A stretch of 64,000 nucleotides of DNA from the human T2T-CHM13v2.0 reference genome, Homo sapiens. The position numbers and the translations under genes were made by a program. Within the stretch, counting starts at the first letter, position 1; every line of letters starts with the position of its first letter. Below the pieces are notes generated by a model. The model saw only the letters and a program-made list of their open reading frames with translations, ran no database searches and was not told the DNA's origin. Shown here piece after piece: positions 38,146 through 51,682 of this stretch. The stretch is from assembly GCF_009914755.1 (NCBI RefSeq), contig NC_060927.1; one strand, written 5' to 3'.

Positions 38146-39651
38146 ATTGACTTTATTTTCTGAGGTCCTCATTTGATGAAAGAAAATACTGAGTTGTGTT
38201 CATTTAAAAATTATAATAAAGAATATATTTTCACAATTTTATTTTGAGAGAAAATATAAATTGAATTTCAGTCTCTTTGAAGAAGCACTGTGTCTTGAGG
38301 TTACCATTGAATTTTAGATGCTTAATCCATAACAGAATAACCATGTAAAATACCACTTGAGTATTTATACACAAGGGAACAGTAAAAAAGTACCATCAAT
38401 GTGACAGATAATTGCAGCTCTAAAAACTATATGCATTTTACCAAGGGGGAACTGATTCTTTAGAGATTAAATAAGTAGCCCTCGAACAGATGTTAGATGC
38501 AAACCTCATTTTCTGAAGATCAGCTTTTTCCTCATTCTGCTGTATGATATTCTGTTGTTTCTTTAGACAGAGATGCTATTGATGGAAAGATATTGATGAG
38601 AAGATATAATATCAAGTTGATATCAACTTGATTTTATCCTGAAACATTTTTTTCTTATTATTATAGGATCCCTTATCTCCTGAGTCCACACTAAAATTAG
38701 AATGTGTATGTCCATACTAGGGACTCATATAGAAATGGTGAGTTCAGTAGCTCAACTACCACCTCCTTTATTTATCAAAGAAATTGCTCTGGCTAGAGAG
38801 ATTGGCAAATTTTGTTCTGGGGCCATAATATAATATCCATAACATAAGGCTAACTGAAGACATTGATCCACCCCTTTTGAGCCATGTATTAGATTTATTT
38901 CTTCTGAGTATGATGCCATGTAAAGCAAAGAATGATGAAGAAAATTATTGAAGACTCAAGAAGTTGTGACAATTTATTCTACTCTGGGGAGAAAAAAATA
39001 TTCCCAACTTCCTGCCCACTGCCATTATTCTGATTATCCAAGATCCCTTCTACTGTGCTGGCTTTAATTTAGGAAAGTAACCAAAGCAAAAAACAAAGAA
39101 AACAAAGAAACTAAAATGTTTGAAGGAATGGTGCAAATAGTACAATTTGTTCTATGTTTTCATCTTATATCCTGCTACACTTTAAGAAAGAGTCATTTTA
39201 TAGTTATATTTTTAGTAAACTTGAAGATGTTAAGTAAAATTTCATAGTATATCTGCATCGGATTTTAAAAATTCCACATAGATTGTTTCTGGAGACAATT
39301 TTTTTTTTTAATGAAAGCATTAGAAGAATTGTCCTTTATTAATCAGAAATGGAAAACTTACATCATTTTTTACAACTTGGGATTTTATAAATTCCACTCA
39401 TCTGTTAATTAAGCAGCACTTCCATTTTTAGTAAGTTAAATGGTATCTCATTATTTTATCCTTCATTTATTTTTCACCCTACATGTAATTCTGAGTTCTT
39501 TATTCACTTCTCATACTGGTGAAATATTTTACAGTTGCTCTGCAGTTGATATTTAGGAAATTTTATTTTCAGGTACTTTGGATATCATCTTTTCTTTGTA
39601 CTTTCAGAGGTTTCTCGTATTGTCTTTGTTGTTTTTATTTATTTTCTTTTT

Positions 39652-40838
39652 TTCCTTACACCATATACAAAAATTAACTCAATATGGATTAAAGACTTAA
39701 TTGTAAAACCTGAAACTCTAAAAACCCTAGAAGACAATCTAAGCAATACCATTCAGGATGTAGGCATGGGCTACAATTTCATGATGAAGATCCCAACAGC
39801 AATTGCAACAAACCCCAAAATTGACAAATGGGAACTAATTAAACTAAACAGCTTCTGCACTGCAAAAGAAACTATCAACAGAGTAAATGAACTACCTAAA
39901 GAATGGCAGAAAATTTTTGCAAACTATGCATCTGACAAAGGTCTAACACCGAACTTAAACAAATCTACAAGAAAAAAAGCAAACAACCCTGTAAGAAGAA
40001 AGTGGGCAAAGGACATAAACGGACTCTTTTCAAAAGAAGATATCTATGTGGCCAAAAATCGTATGAGAAAAGCTCAAGATCCTTGATCATTAGAGAAATG
40101 AAAGTCACAAAAAACAAGGAGATACCATCTAACACCAGTCAGAATGGCTATTATTTAGAAGTCCAAAAATAACAGATGCTGGCAAGGTTGTAGAGACAAA
40201 GGAAGACTTATACACTGTTGCTGGTTATGTATATTGTTTCAGCCACTGTGAAAGACAGTGTGGCAATTCCCCAAAGATCTAAAGACAGAAATACTATTCA
40301 ACCGAGCAATTTCACTCCTGGGTATATACCCAAAGGAATAGAAATCATTCTATTATAAAGACACATGCATGTGTATGTTCACTGCAGCACCATTCACAAT
40401 AACCAAGATATAGAATCAACCTAAATGTCCATCCATGATAGACTAGGCAGAGAAAATGTGGTACATATACACCACGGAATACTATGCAGCCATAAAAAAA
40501 TAAAGAGATCATATCCTCTGCAGGGACATGGATGAAGCTGGAGGCAATTATAATTAGCAAACCAGCACAAGAACAGGAAACCAACTACTACATGTTCTCA
40601 CTTATAAGTGAGAGCAAAATCATGAGAACACATGCACACATAGAAGGGAAGAACACACATGGCTTTTTGGAGCGGGGAGGCTGGGAGGATGGACAGAATT
40701 AAGAAAAATAACTAATGGTTACTAGGCTTCATATCTGGGTGATTAAATAATCTGTACAATAAAACTTCATGACCAGTTTACCTATGTAACAAACCTGCAC
40801 TTGTACTCCTGTATTCCTAAACTTTCATAGTTTAAAAA
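39652..40838 (+). mobile_element. 5'-truncated L1PA (older, L1PA13-16-like): ORF2 C-terminus and 3'UTR
   Basis: ORF 39766-40086 contains '[23 protein letters not shown]', the L1 ORF2p C-terminal region; 3'UTR 'gtaacaaacctgcac'. Confidence 0.9.
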
Positions 40839-41029
40839 GATGAAACATACGAAAAAGATGGAGACAGGTTTTCGAAAAAAAATTTTTTTTTTGGTCTGGT
40901 GTGCTCAGAAATTGCAAGAGAAACATGATGTATTCAAAAGGGAACCCAGAGATTTATTATTTTTTATTTCCTGGTTTTGAGAGCTAAAAAATAGGCAAAA
41001 AACAAACAAACAAGCAAAATGAAAATGAT

Positions 41030-41215
41030 ACATATTTCAAAATAATTAAAAGAGTAGAATTGAAACGTTTTAACACAAAGAAATGATAAATGTTTGAAGT
41101 AACAGATACCTCTATTATCCTGATTTTATCATGCACTGTATGCTTGTATCACAATATCACATGTACCCCATACATATGTACAGCTACTATGTATCCGTGT
41201 AATTACAAAGATTTT
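41030..41215 (+). mobile_element. L1MA 3'-end fragment
   Basis: 'aacacaaagaaatgataaatgtttgaag...tatcacatgtacccca'. Confidence 0.7.
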
Positions 41216-41689
41216 AAATCATGCAACTCAGGCCCTTACGTGGTTTAAATGATAAGAAAGTAGGTGCAATAATTCACAAATTATACATAAAGTGTGGGTT
41301 TAAATAATAAATTATTTGCTATATAAGGACCTTTGGGAATTATTTTCAAAATGTTCAATCAGTTAAACCAATATTTATTGAAAGCTGATTTGGTAAGATT
41401 AATAAGCAGCTTATAGCCCTTAACGCTAAGCTCCAAGTTCTCTAAATGAAAGGGCTTCAGGAAAGAGTTATATTTTATTTGTTGTGTTGTAGCGTTTACA
41501 TTTTATTAATATGAGATATTTGTTTCAGAAAAAAGTTTCTTAATTATTTCATAAAATAGAGGTAATTCTACCATCTATTTAAAAGTCTTCACTTCTTTTT
41601 CCCCCCTCTGGAAAGAAATACATATAAATTCCTATTTTAGTGCTACGGAAAACATACACGCCTGGAGAGAACATCAAACAGACTAGCCT

Positions 41690-41985
41690 AAAACTTAGGT
41701 GCTCTGTAACTTTTGTGATTCAGTGTAGCCACTCTATGCTGCAGTTTCATCATTCATATATCTTGCAGCACAGTATACTAGAATGATATTAGCTTTTGGA
41801 GTCAGCATATCCAGACTCCCGGCTCTGTGATCTAGGTAAGATTAGGCAAAATTCTAGACCTCTCTAAATCCTGTTTTCCTTATCTACTACCTGTAACAAA
41901 TATAATACAAAATAAGCTCTATGTCCCAGGGCAGTTTTAAGGATCTAATATGACTATATATGCATTATAGTTAATACACTTTTCC
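41690..41985 (+). mobile_element. MIR fragments
   Basis: 'gcttttggagtcag...cccggctctg' and 'ctgttttccttatct'. Confidence 0.5.
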
Positions 41986-42664
41986 AGTGCAGGTGAATAT
42001 AACTGGCCAGTGATATAGGTGCAGGGCAACTCAAAACAAATAGTTACAGAAGAAATAAGTGCTTATAGAAAATGAAAAGGATGTATAAAAGATACCCTTT
42101 GACAAAGTAATTTTAATTCTATGATTCAATCTTTAAGAAATAACCTTACATATTTTGCAGGATAGGAGCAAAGAAGGCTGTAAGCATGCAATATTTCTTG
42201 CACCATTATTTCAAAGAAGAGGAAATAAAGTTTAAGATTAAGAAAATGCTTAGGAAATTTTTGGAGCGTTCAATAAAACAATATACACATAACGAACTTG
42301 CAGCAGATTAAATGGAATACAAGAATGCTCACTTATCAAACTCCATAGTACAAGCTACAAGTGTGATCTGACCAAGGCATAGAAAAAGGAAGCTTTTTTT
42401 TTCATTTTTGGTATGAATAGAGCATACATTAAACTAAATTTTTATCTTATTATACCTTGAATGACATTGCTACAGCCTTTAACTCAAGCCATTGTGTTCC
42501 ATGCTGCTGCTATGCTTTCTCATTCTCTATATGTAGGTGATTAGATTGTGTAAGAAACAGCATATACCTGTAAGTCAGATTCATCTTGTGATCTTGAACT
42601 CAGGTTTGTAGATATTCTGGAGTTTCGAGTGCATATTCACTACAAGTTTGAAAAGTATGCCCTC

Positions 42665-42980
42665 TAGCAGGTTGTATTTTTCAAATATGGATGCAATGAC
42701 ATTGTCCATCCCAGTAGTTCTTTTGTAAAGAGTTCCTTCTGAACTCTGGAGTGCCTTTGTGGCTGTGTCAACTAACAGGATAAGGGGGAAATGGTGCTAT
42801 GTGACTACTGCAAGACGACCCCTGCCCTGACCACCTTCTGACTACAAAGTCAAGAGAGAGAACAAGCATGAACTTCCAAATGGGTCCAACCTCCAGAACC
42901 ACCATCAAAGCACAAGTTTGCTCTAGTTTTAAGTCATCGTTTTGAAGTGATTTGTTATATAGCAATAGATAACCAGAACA
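42665..42980 (+). mobile_element. MLT1-like LTR fragment
   Basis: 3' end 'ttttaagtcatcgttttgaagtgatttgttatatagcaatagataaccagaaca'. Confidence 0.6.
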
Positions 42981-43159
42981 ACCTCTGTAATTTTATCCAA
43001 ACTCTTGATAAACCTGAAGAATAAGATGTAGAAGTAGTGATTCACAAAAGTAGCTGCATTTCAAAATCTGATTTTCAATTTTAAAGTGCTTATTCCTGGG
43101 CATTTATATTTACCCACTTTTCAGATGTGTGGCCAGACAACTGTATCTTTTTAACAGTT

Positions 43160-43745
43160 TGTATGTGTGTGGTAAAATACTAACATGAAATTTACCATTT
43201 TAATCATTATATAGTGTACATTTCAGTGTTTTATTTGTTTGTTGGTTTGTTTGTGTGCTTGAGACGGAGTCTTGCTCTGTCACCTATACTGGAGTGCAGT
43301 GGTGCAATACTGGCTCACTGCAGCCTCCACCTCCCAGGTTAGAGCGATTCTACTGCCTCAGCCTCCCAAGCATCTGGGATTACAGGCATGCACCACTACG
43401 CCCACCTAATTTTTTTTTTTTTTTTTGTATTTTTAGTAGAGATGGAGTTTCACCATGTTGGCCAGGCTGATCTCAAACTCCCAACTTCAAGTGTTCCGCC
43501 TGCCTCGACCTCCCAAAGTGTTGGGATTACAGGCGTGAGCCACCGCACCCAGGCAATTCAGTGGTATTAAGTACATTCACAGTGTTGTACAACTACCATT
43601 ACTGTTTAGTTCCAGGACATTTTATTACCCCAAAGGGAAACCTTATTCCCATTAAGCCCTCATTTCCTATTCCTATTTTCTGCAGCCAGTGGAAACTAAT
43701 GTGATTTCTCTTTCCATATATTTGTGTATTTTGGAAATTTCAATT
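43160..43745 (-). mobile_element. L1MB 3' end interrupted by an Alu
   Basis: 'aaatttaccattttaatcatt...tgtacatttcagtg', resuming with 'gtacattcacagtgttgtacaactaccat'. Confidence 0.75.
43229..43554 (-). mobile_element. Alu (AluS-like) with (TTTG)n tail
   Basis: Antisense dimer. Confidence 0.95.
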
Positions 43746-44293
43746 TTTTAAGGAGTGTATAAAGTGATTTTTATACAGACCAGCACCTGTTAGCTGATGG
43801 ATATTTTAGGAAGAGTATACTACTGTGTACAATTAGAAAATTCTCTTCAAGTTAAGATAAATCTAGCCATGTTCTGTTCCAAAGGCACTAATTTCCATTT
43901 CTATCCTGGGCCTAAGTGCTTGTTTTTCTTTCTACTATGTACGACCAAATAACAATTTTATTTTTTGTTTCTCTAATTGCTCAGAAAATGTGAAATTATT
44001 CATATTGCCATTTGCACAATCTATCTTCTTTCTCATTTTGACCATCAGAGCAGACCATAGAATGAATGAGGGATTAATTTTAGACCCACTTCCAATTTCC
44101 TCAGTTCATCAACCCCCGGTGATTCAGAGAAACACAAATTACTTGGCTGTACTTATTTTGTCAGGCCAGAGGCATAGGGTCTGTATACTTTACAAATCTC
44201 ACTGCTTCTGTTAGTTTTAATTTACTTAGATATATATTTCAGTCTCCTATGCATTCTACTTTAGAAATTCAACAACATAAAATTTGAAGATTA

Positions 44294-44295
<2 letters not shown>

Positions 44296-44351
<56 letters not shown>
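44296..44351. repeat. (AT)~23 followed by a T run
   Basis: Direct read. Confidence 0.95.
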
Positions 44352-44353
<2 letters not shown>

Positions 44354-44958
44354 AGAGTAACTCAGAAATGGAAAACTGCCCAGGCATGGTGGCTCACGCC
44401 TGTAGTCCCAGCACTTTGGGAGGCCAAGGCAAACAGATCACCTGAGGTCAGGAGTTTGAGCCGGGCCAACATGGTGAAACCCTGTCTCTACTAAAAATAC
44501 AAAAATTAGCTGGGCGTGGTGGCAGGTGCCGTAATCCCAGCTACTTGTGAGGCTGAGGCAGGAGAATCGCTTGAATCTGGGAGGCAGAAATGCAGTGAGC
44601 AGAGATCACGCCATTGCCCTCTGAACTCCAGCCTGGCCAAGAGTGAAACTTCATCTCAAAAAAAAAAAAAAAAAGAAAAGAAAAAGAAAAAGGAAAACCA
44701 AACATCATATGTTCTCACTCATAAGATTGAGGAGCAAAGGCATAAGAATGATTCAATGAAATTTGGGGACTTGGGGGAAACGGTGGGAGGGGGTGAGGAA
44801 TAAAAGACTACAAATTGGGTATAGTGTATACTGTCCTGGTGATGGTTGCAACAAAATTTCACAAATCACCACTAAAGAACGTACTCATGCAACCAAACGC
44901 CACCCATTCCCCAAAATCCTATAAAAATAAAGTAAAACAAAATTAAAAAAAACAAAAA
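44354..44958 (+). mobile_element. L1PB 3' end interrupted by an Alu
   Basis: 'gtaactcagaaatggaaaac|caaacatcatatgttctcactcataag...atcaccactaaagaac'. Confidence 0.8.
44377..44690 (+). mobile_element. Alu (AluS-like)
   Basis: Dimer with an A/(GAAAA)n tail; TSD-like ggaaaac on both sides. Confidence 0.95.
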
Positions 44959-45451
44959 GGTTATTGTAATCATACTAGAATGTGTGACATATATTCTTTT
45001 ATTGACCTTTTCTTATTTATAATATGTCCAAAATACATTATTTTCAAACTCCAACACATGAGAACTTATACTCATACTTTTTATGTGTTAAATATATTAA
45101 TTCTCAATAACAAGATAAAATGTGTTTGAAAGTGCAAAATTTATTTTTTATTTTTAATAGAAATATCTATTATATACAATGCATATTTTAACACTGTCTT
45201 TATGATGTTTCTTTGTTATGTGTATAATTTTAAGCTCTAAAAATTTGCCTTATATTAGGTAAAGATTTTTCAAAACCAAATTCAACTTTTCACGTTTTAA
45301 ATTTTTAAATTTAGATTTCTTTTCTTTTAAAATTCGAGTTTTAAAAAGCAGCTTACTTAACTTCACCCTAACCTTAATCTCTTAAATAGGTAAATGCATT
45401 AGAATGAATAATGGCCACAAAAGGGGACCTAATCTGGAACCTGTATATATA

Positions 45452-45482
<31 letters not shown>

Positions 45483-46019
45483 GGTGATTATATAAGGTAT
45501 TATATACACACAGTATTATATATATAAGGTATTTTTTATATATATGGTGATTATATAAGGTTTTATATACATATATATATGATCTCTGCTCATTACATTT
45601 CTGCCTCCCAGGTTCACGTGTGTTTAAGGATTTTGAATTTAAGAAATATGATTTTTAATTTTCTTTGAAACAAATTATTGCTTTTATTTGAATTTGGAAT
45701 GAAGATCCATTAAGATCAAGTTAAGGTTGTGCAATTTGAAGTAACAACTCTGTAATATTAATATTATCTGATTACTTATTATATAAAATAAAGACATATG
45801 AAATACATATTGACATATTACTAATTAATAATAGCAATTGTCCTCATGAGTTTTACTCTTAAAACGCAATTGCATACATATTCTCAATGACATGTCCTGT
45901 CATCACATGAGAAGAGAGAGAGATCAGGTATTATTATTTTCATATGATTGAGAAGCTCAGAATCCAAATAACATAATTTGAAGGGTAGGAATATTTATTG
46001 ATGGTACACATGGGAAAAT

Positions 46020-46230
46020 AGAGCATATACATATACTTAGGATTTAGCCAGAACTAGTTTTGGGTCTCAGCTTCTCCACCATCAAAATAGTCTTGACCCA
46101 GTTGCTTAATCTCCCTTAGCCTCAATTTCTCATATGTCAAATAGTAATACAAATAATACCTATATTATAGGGCAATTGTGAGGTTAAATGTATAGGTTCA
46201 AGTACAAAGTATGTCATCAATAAATAATAG
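46020..46230 (+). mobile_element. MIR
   Basis: 'gcttaatctcccttagcctcaatttctcatatgtcaaatag...ttgtgaggttaaatg'. Confidence 0.65.
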
Positions 46231-46663
46231 GAATGTGGCACATCCTTAAGCTTGATAGTCTACACATATTATCTTAGTGGACCCTCAAAACAACTATTCG
46301 ATATGTAATTTCTAATTTAGAGCTGTAGAAATTTATTTGCAACCACCAATGGTAACTACAACATGTCCTTCAGCATAACTTAAAGTTGAAGTGTTTTACA
46401 ATAAGAGTAAGCAGTAGGTATTGAAGTCCTGTTCAATTTAAAGTTCATAAGAGATACTATATCAATACAAAGTACAAGATGTCAACCCTATATGAAATAC
46501 CAGTATTCACCTTTCAATCCTGAGATATCTTCTTTGTTGGAGAAAACTTTTGAGAACTGTATTTTCTGACAAGAGTGAAGACAAGGGGAATAAATATCAG
46601 GGGTTTTAATACAATTCAGAATTGTATTAAACTCTGGGATTGAAGTCACCTTCAATTTAATCC

Positions 46664-46825
46664 TTTTTTTTTTTTTTTTTTTGGTCTTGGTACGTTGCCC
46701 AGGCTAGTTTCAAACTCCTCAACTCTCCTGGGCCCAAGTGATCCTCCTGCCCAGCCTCCTTGGTAGCCAGGACTACAAGCCTGCACCACTGTGCTCGGGC
46801 TCTCTCTCTCTCTCTCTTTTTTTCT
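46664..46825 (-). mobile_element. Alu monomer (FLAM-like) with an adjacent (CT)n
   Basis: Poly-T followed by 'gttgcccaggctagtttcaaactcc...caagtgatcctcctgcc'. Confidence 0.8.
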
Positions 46826-47069
46826 TCTTAAAACAGGCCCTCTTTTAATGACAGATTCATTTTCTTCCCTTTAAAATGAGGGTGGAGAATAATGATCTCT
46901 AACATCTCTATCTGCTCTTCTTTCGCTGATCCTCCAGTACGCAATTCAGTGATTTACTTCATTCCTTAAATTTTATCATTTTAATAGCAATGTGTTGTGC
47001 ATTTATTTTCTTTTTAATTAAGCTGACAAAGTATGTTTCCAAAATATTTTCCAATGTGTTTAAACATAT

Positions 47070-48150
47070 TTTTAAGAATTAAAATTTTTTAGTACATTTG
47101 TTGATTTACAAAAAATATTGAATAGACAGTATAGAGTTTCATATGTCCACACCACCCCTACTCCTACACATAGTACACACTGTGATCTAATTTTAAATAA
47201 CCTGAGTCAGTGTGGGACATTTGTTACAATTAATGAACCAATGTTGGTACATTAGTATTAACTAAAGTTCATAGTTTACATTAAGATTCACTTTTTGTGT
47301 TGTATGGTTCACTTTGTTTTGAAAGATGCATGATGACATACATGCAACATCACATTGTCATACAGGATGTTTTAGACATACTAAAGATACTCCAGTGCTT
47401 CTCCAGTTCATCTTTCCCCCCTCTCCTCAAGACCCTGACAACCACTATGCTTTTACAATCTGTGGAGTTTCCCTTTTCTGAAATGCCATGTGGTTGGTGA
47501 TCACACAGTATGTAGCCTTTTCAGACTGGTTTCTTTTACTTAGAAATATGCATTTAAAGTCCCTCTATGTTTTTCATGGCTTGATAGTTTATTTATTGTT
47601 ATTATTAAATAATATTCCATTGTATGCCTGCACTACAGCTTACTCACCTATTAAAGGACATATTTGTTGCTTGTAATTTTTGGTGATTATGAATATAGCT
47701 GCTATAAACATTCATGTGAAGGTTTTTATGTGTACATAAGCCTTCAACTAAATTGAGTAAATAAAATTGTTGGCTTTTGTGGCTAGGCTAAGTATAGCTC
47801 TCTAAGAAACTACCAAAATGTCTTCCAAAATAGCTGTACCATTTTGCATTCCAACCAGCAATTAATGAGTTCCTAACTACACATCTTCATCAGCTTTTGT
47901 TATTATCATTTTTTAGCCATTATAATAAGTGTGTTGTGGTATCTTGTTGTATTAATTTGAAATTCCAAAGAGATGTATGATATTGAGCATAGTTTCATAC
48001 GCTTATTAACCATATTCATATCTCTTTTGATGAAGTGCCTGCTCAGATCTTTAGCAAATTTTGGAATATTTTATATCATTTTTGAGCTATGAGCTCAAAA
48101 TACTATATTTTGCTGTGCAGAAGGTTTTTTAAATTTTAATAAAACTTAGT
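47070..48150 (-). mobile_element. L1MC1/2-like 3' end
   Basis: 'acatttgttacaattaatgaaccaat...actaaagttcatagttt' and 'gtagccttttcagactggtttc'. Confidence 0.75.
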
Positions 48151-48154
48151 TTAT

Positions 48155-49575
48155 CCAATCCTAAAATTCATATGGATTCTAAAAAGAGCCCACACAGTCA
48201 AAACAATATTAAGCAAAATGAACGAATCTGGAGGCACCACATTATTGGACTTTAAATTATACTATGAAGTTAGAGTTACCAAAATAGCATGATACTGGTA
48301 TAAAAATAGGCATACAGACCAGTAAAACAGAACAGAGAAGACAGATTAAAGCCAAGTACTTGTGGCTAACTGATCTTTGACAAAGCATACAGAAACATAA
48401 ATTAGGGAAAGGACACTCTATTCGATACATGATGCTGAGCAAACTGGCAAGACACATGTTGAAGAATAAAACTATATCCTCATTTCTCAGTGTATAATAA
48501 AACCAACTCAAGATGGATCAAAGACTTAAATCTAAGACCTGAAACCACAAAAATTCTAGAAAATAACATCGTAAAAACATCTCTGGACATTGGCTTAGGC
48601 AAATAATTCATGACTAAGACCCGAAAAGCAAATGCAACAAAAATCGATAAATGGGACCTAAATAAACTAAAAAGCTTCTGTACAGCAAAAGAAATAATCA
48701 GCAGAGTAAACAGACAACCCACAGAGTGGGAGAAAATACTCACAAACTATGCATCTGACCAATGACTAGTATCCAGAATCAACAAAGAACGCAAACAAAT
48801 CAGCAAGAAAAAAACATATAATTCCATCAAGAAGTAGGCAAAGGACATGAATAGACTATTATCAAAAGAAGATATACAAACAGCCAACAAACATATTTAA
48901 AAATGCTCACCATCACGAATCATCAGGGAAATGCAAACTAAAACTGCAATGAGATACCACCTTACCCCGGCCAAAAAACAATAGATGTTGGCATGGATGT
49001 GGTGAAAAGGGAACACTTTTGTACTGCTGATCAGGAATGTAAATTAGTTCAACCACTGTGGAAAACAGTATGGCAATTCCTTAAAGAAATAAAAGTAGAA
49101 CTACCATTTGATCTAGGGATCTCACCACTGGGTATTTACCCAAAGGAAAATAAGTCATTATATTAAAAAGACACATACACAAACTTATTTATAGAAGCAC
49201 AATTCACAATTGCAAAGATATGGAACCAGACTAACTGCCCATTGACCAACAAGTGGGTAAAGGAAATGTGGTAAAAATACACCATGGAATATTACTCAGC
49301 CATAAAAAGGAACAACTAATCTTTTGCAGCAATTTGAATGGAGCTGGAGGACATTATTCTAAGTAAAGTAACTCAGAAATAGAAACCAAATATTTATGTT
49401 CTCATTTGTAAGTGAGAGCTAAGCTATGAAGACACAAAAGCATACGTGTGATAAAATGGACTTTGAAGTAGGGGAAGGTTGCGAGGGAAGTGAGGGATAA
49501 AAGAGCACATATCTGGTACAATCTACAATTCTCAGGTGACAGACACACTAAAATCTCAGAAATCACCACTAAAGA
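48155..49575 (+). mobile_element. L1PB ORF2 C-terminus and 3'UTR, lacking the poly-A end
   Basis: 'atcctaaaattcatatgg', 'aaactaaaaagcttctgtacagcaaaagaaataatcagcagagtaaacagac' and 'aatcaccactaaaga'. Confidence 0.85.
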
Positions 49576-51377
49576 TTGGCATTTGGATTGATTTCATATC
49601 TTAGCTATTGTGAATAGTGTTGCAATAAGCACAGAAGTGCAGACATGGCTTTGACATACTGATTTTATTTGCTGTGGATATATGCCCAAGAGTAAGTTTG
49701 TAGATCTTATGGTACTTTTGTCTTTAATGTTTTGAGAAATCTTCCTAATATTTTTCACAATGGCTGTACTAACATATTGTCTCACCAACAGTGTGTAAGG
49801 GTTCTCTTTTCTCTACATACTCCCCAACCGTGTTATGTTATAATTGTTGATAGTAGTTATTCTGACTGGAGTGATTTGATATCTCATTGTAGTTTTGATC
49901 TTCATTTTCATGATGATTACTAATGGCAAGCATTTTTTTCCACATATCTTTTGGCCATATTTGTGTCTCATTTTGAGAAAGGTCTATTCAGTTTTTTTGC
50001 CTACTTTTTAAATAGGTTATTTTGTTGTTGTTGAGCTGTTTGATTTCCTTATATATTATGCATATTAACCCTTTATCAGATGTATAGTTTGCAATCACAG
50101 TCTTCCATTTTGTAGGTTGTCTTTTTGCCTTGTTGATTATATCCTTTGCTATGCAGTAGTATTTTAGTTTTATATAATCCCAATTTTTTGTTTGTTTTGT
50201 TTATCTGTTTGCGTTTGTTGCAGATGCTTTCACGGTTTTCTCTAAAAATCCCGTTCTGCACCAATGTCATGGCTTTTCTCCTATGTTTTCTTCTGGTAGC
50301 TTCATAGTTTTGGGTCTTACATTTATGTATTTAATCCATTTTGAGTTAATTTTTGCAAATGGTAAGAGATAGAGGTCATTCTTCAGCATGTGGATATCCA
50401 GTTTTCCCAGTACTATTCATTGAAAAGACTGTTTGTTTCCCATTGCGTATACTTGACACCTTTGCTTAAAATCATTTGGCTTTAGATGCACAGGTTTATT
50501 TCTGGGATTTCTATTTTGTTTCATTGAGTATGTATTTGTTTTTATGTCTGTACCACACTGTTTAATAACTGCAGCTTTGTAGTATGTTTTGAAGTCAGGT
50601 AGTATGATGCCTTAGCTTTATTCTTTTTGCTAAAGATTGCTTTGGCTATTCAGTCTTTTGTGGTTCCATACCCATTTTACAAATTTTTTTCTATCTCTGC
50701 AAAGAACGACACTAGTATTTTGATAGGGATTGCATTGAGCTTATAGATTGCTTTTGGTAGTACTTTCATTTTATCAACATTAATTCTTCCAATCCATAAG
50801 CATTGGATATCTTTCCATTTTTATGTCTTCCTATGTTTTTCGTTAATATTTTGTAGTTTTCCTTCTGGAAATTTTGTAATTGGTTCAATATATTCCAAGG
50901 CATTTTACATATTTTTGAAGCTATTGCAAAAAGGATTACTTCTTTGTTTCTTTTTCAAATAATTTCCTATTGATACATAGAAATGCTACTTATATTTGTA
51001 AGTTGTTTTTATACTGTGCAACAATACTGAATTTATTTATTAATTCTACTAGTTAATTGGTGGATTATTTGGGATTTTCTCTATATAAGATTATGTTAGC
51101 TACAAACAGGGACAATTTGACTTTCTCATTTCCAGTTTGGATACCTTTTATTTCTTTCACTTGCCGAATTGCTCAGGCTAGAACTTCCAGTACTATGTTA
51201 AATAATGTGATGAAAGTAGTATCCTTGTCTTGTTCTAGATCTTATAAAAAAAGCTTACAGCTTTCCCCAATTCAACATAATGTTAGCTATACATTTGTTA
51301 TATATAGCCTTTATTATGTTGTGGTATATTCCTTCTATAGGTAACTTGTTGAGTTTTTATTGTAAATGGTTGTTAAG

Positions 51378-51682
51378 GGCTGGGCATGGTGGCTCATGCC
51401 TGTAATCTCAGCACTTTGGGAGAGCAAGGGAGGTGGACCACCTGAGCTCAGGAGTTTGAGACCAGCCTGGGCAGCATGGCAAATCCCTGTCTCTATCAAA
51501 AATTCAGAAAATTAGCCTGGTGTGGTGGCATGTCCCTGTGTTCCTAGCTGCTCAGGAGGCTGAGGTCAGGGGATCGCTTGAACCTGGAAGGGGGATGTTG
51601 CAGTGAGCAGAGATTTCATGACTCCACTCCAGCCTGAGTGACAGAGTGAGACCCTGTTTCAAGGAAAGAAAAAAAAGAAGGA
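51378..51682 (+). mobile_element. Alu (AluJ-like)
   Basis: Dimer; TSD-like taaatggttgttaa / taaatggatgttgaa. Confidence 0.95.

Noticed and set aside
39766-40086. 106 aa ORF with real protein similarity
   Set aside because: It is a fragment of L1 ORF2p from a 5'-truncated dead copy, not a host gene
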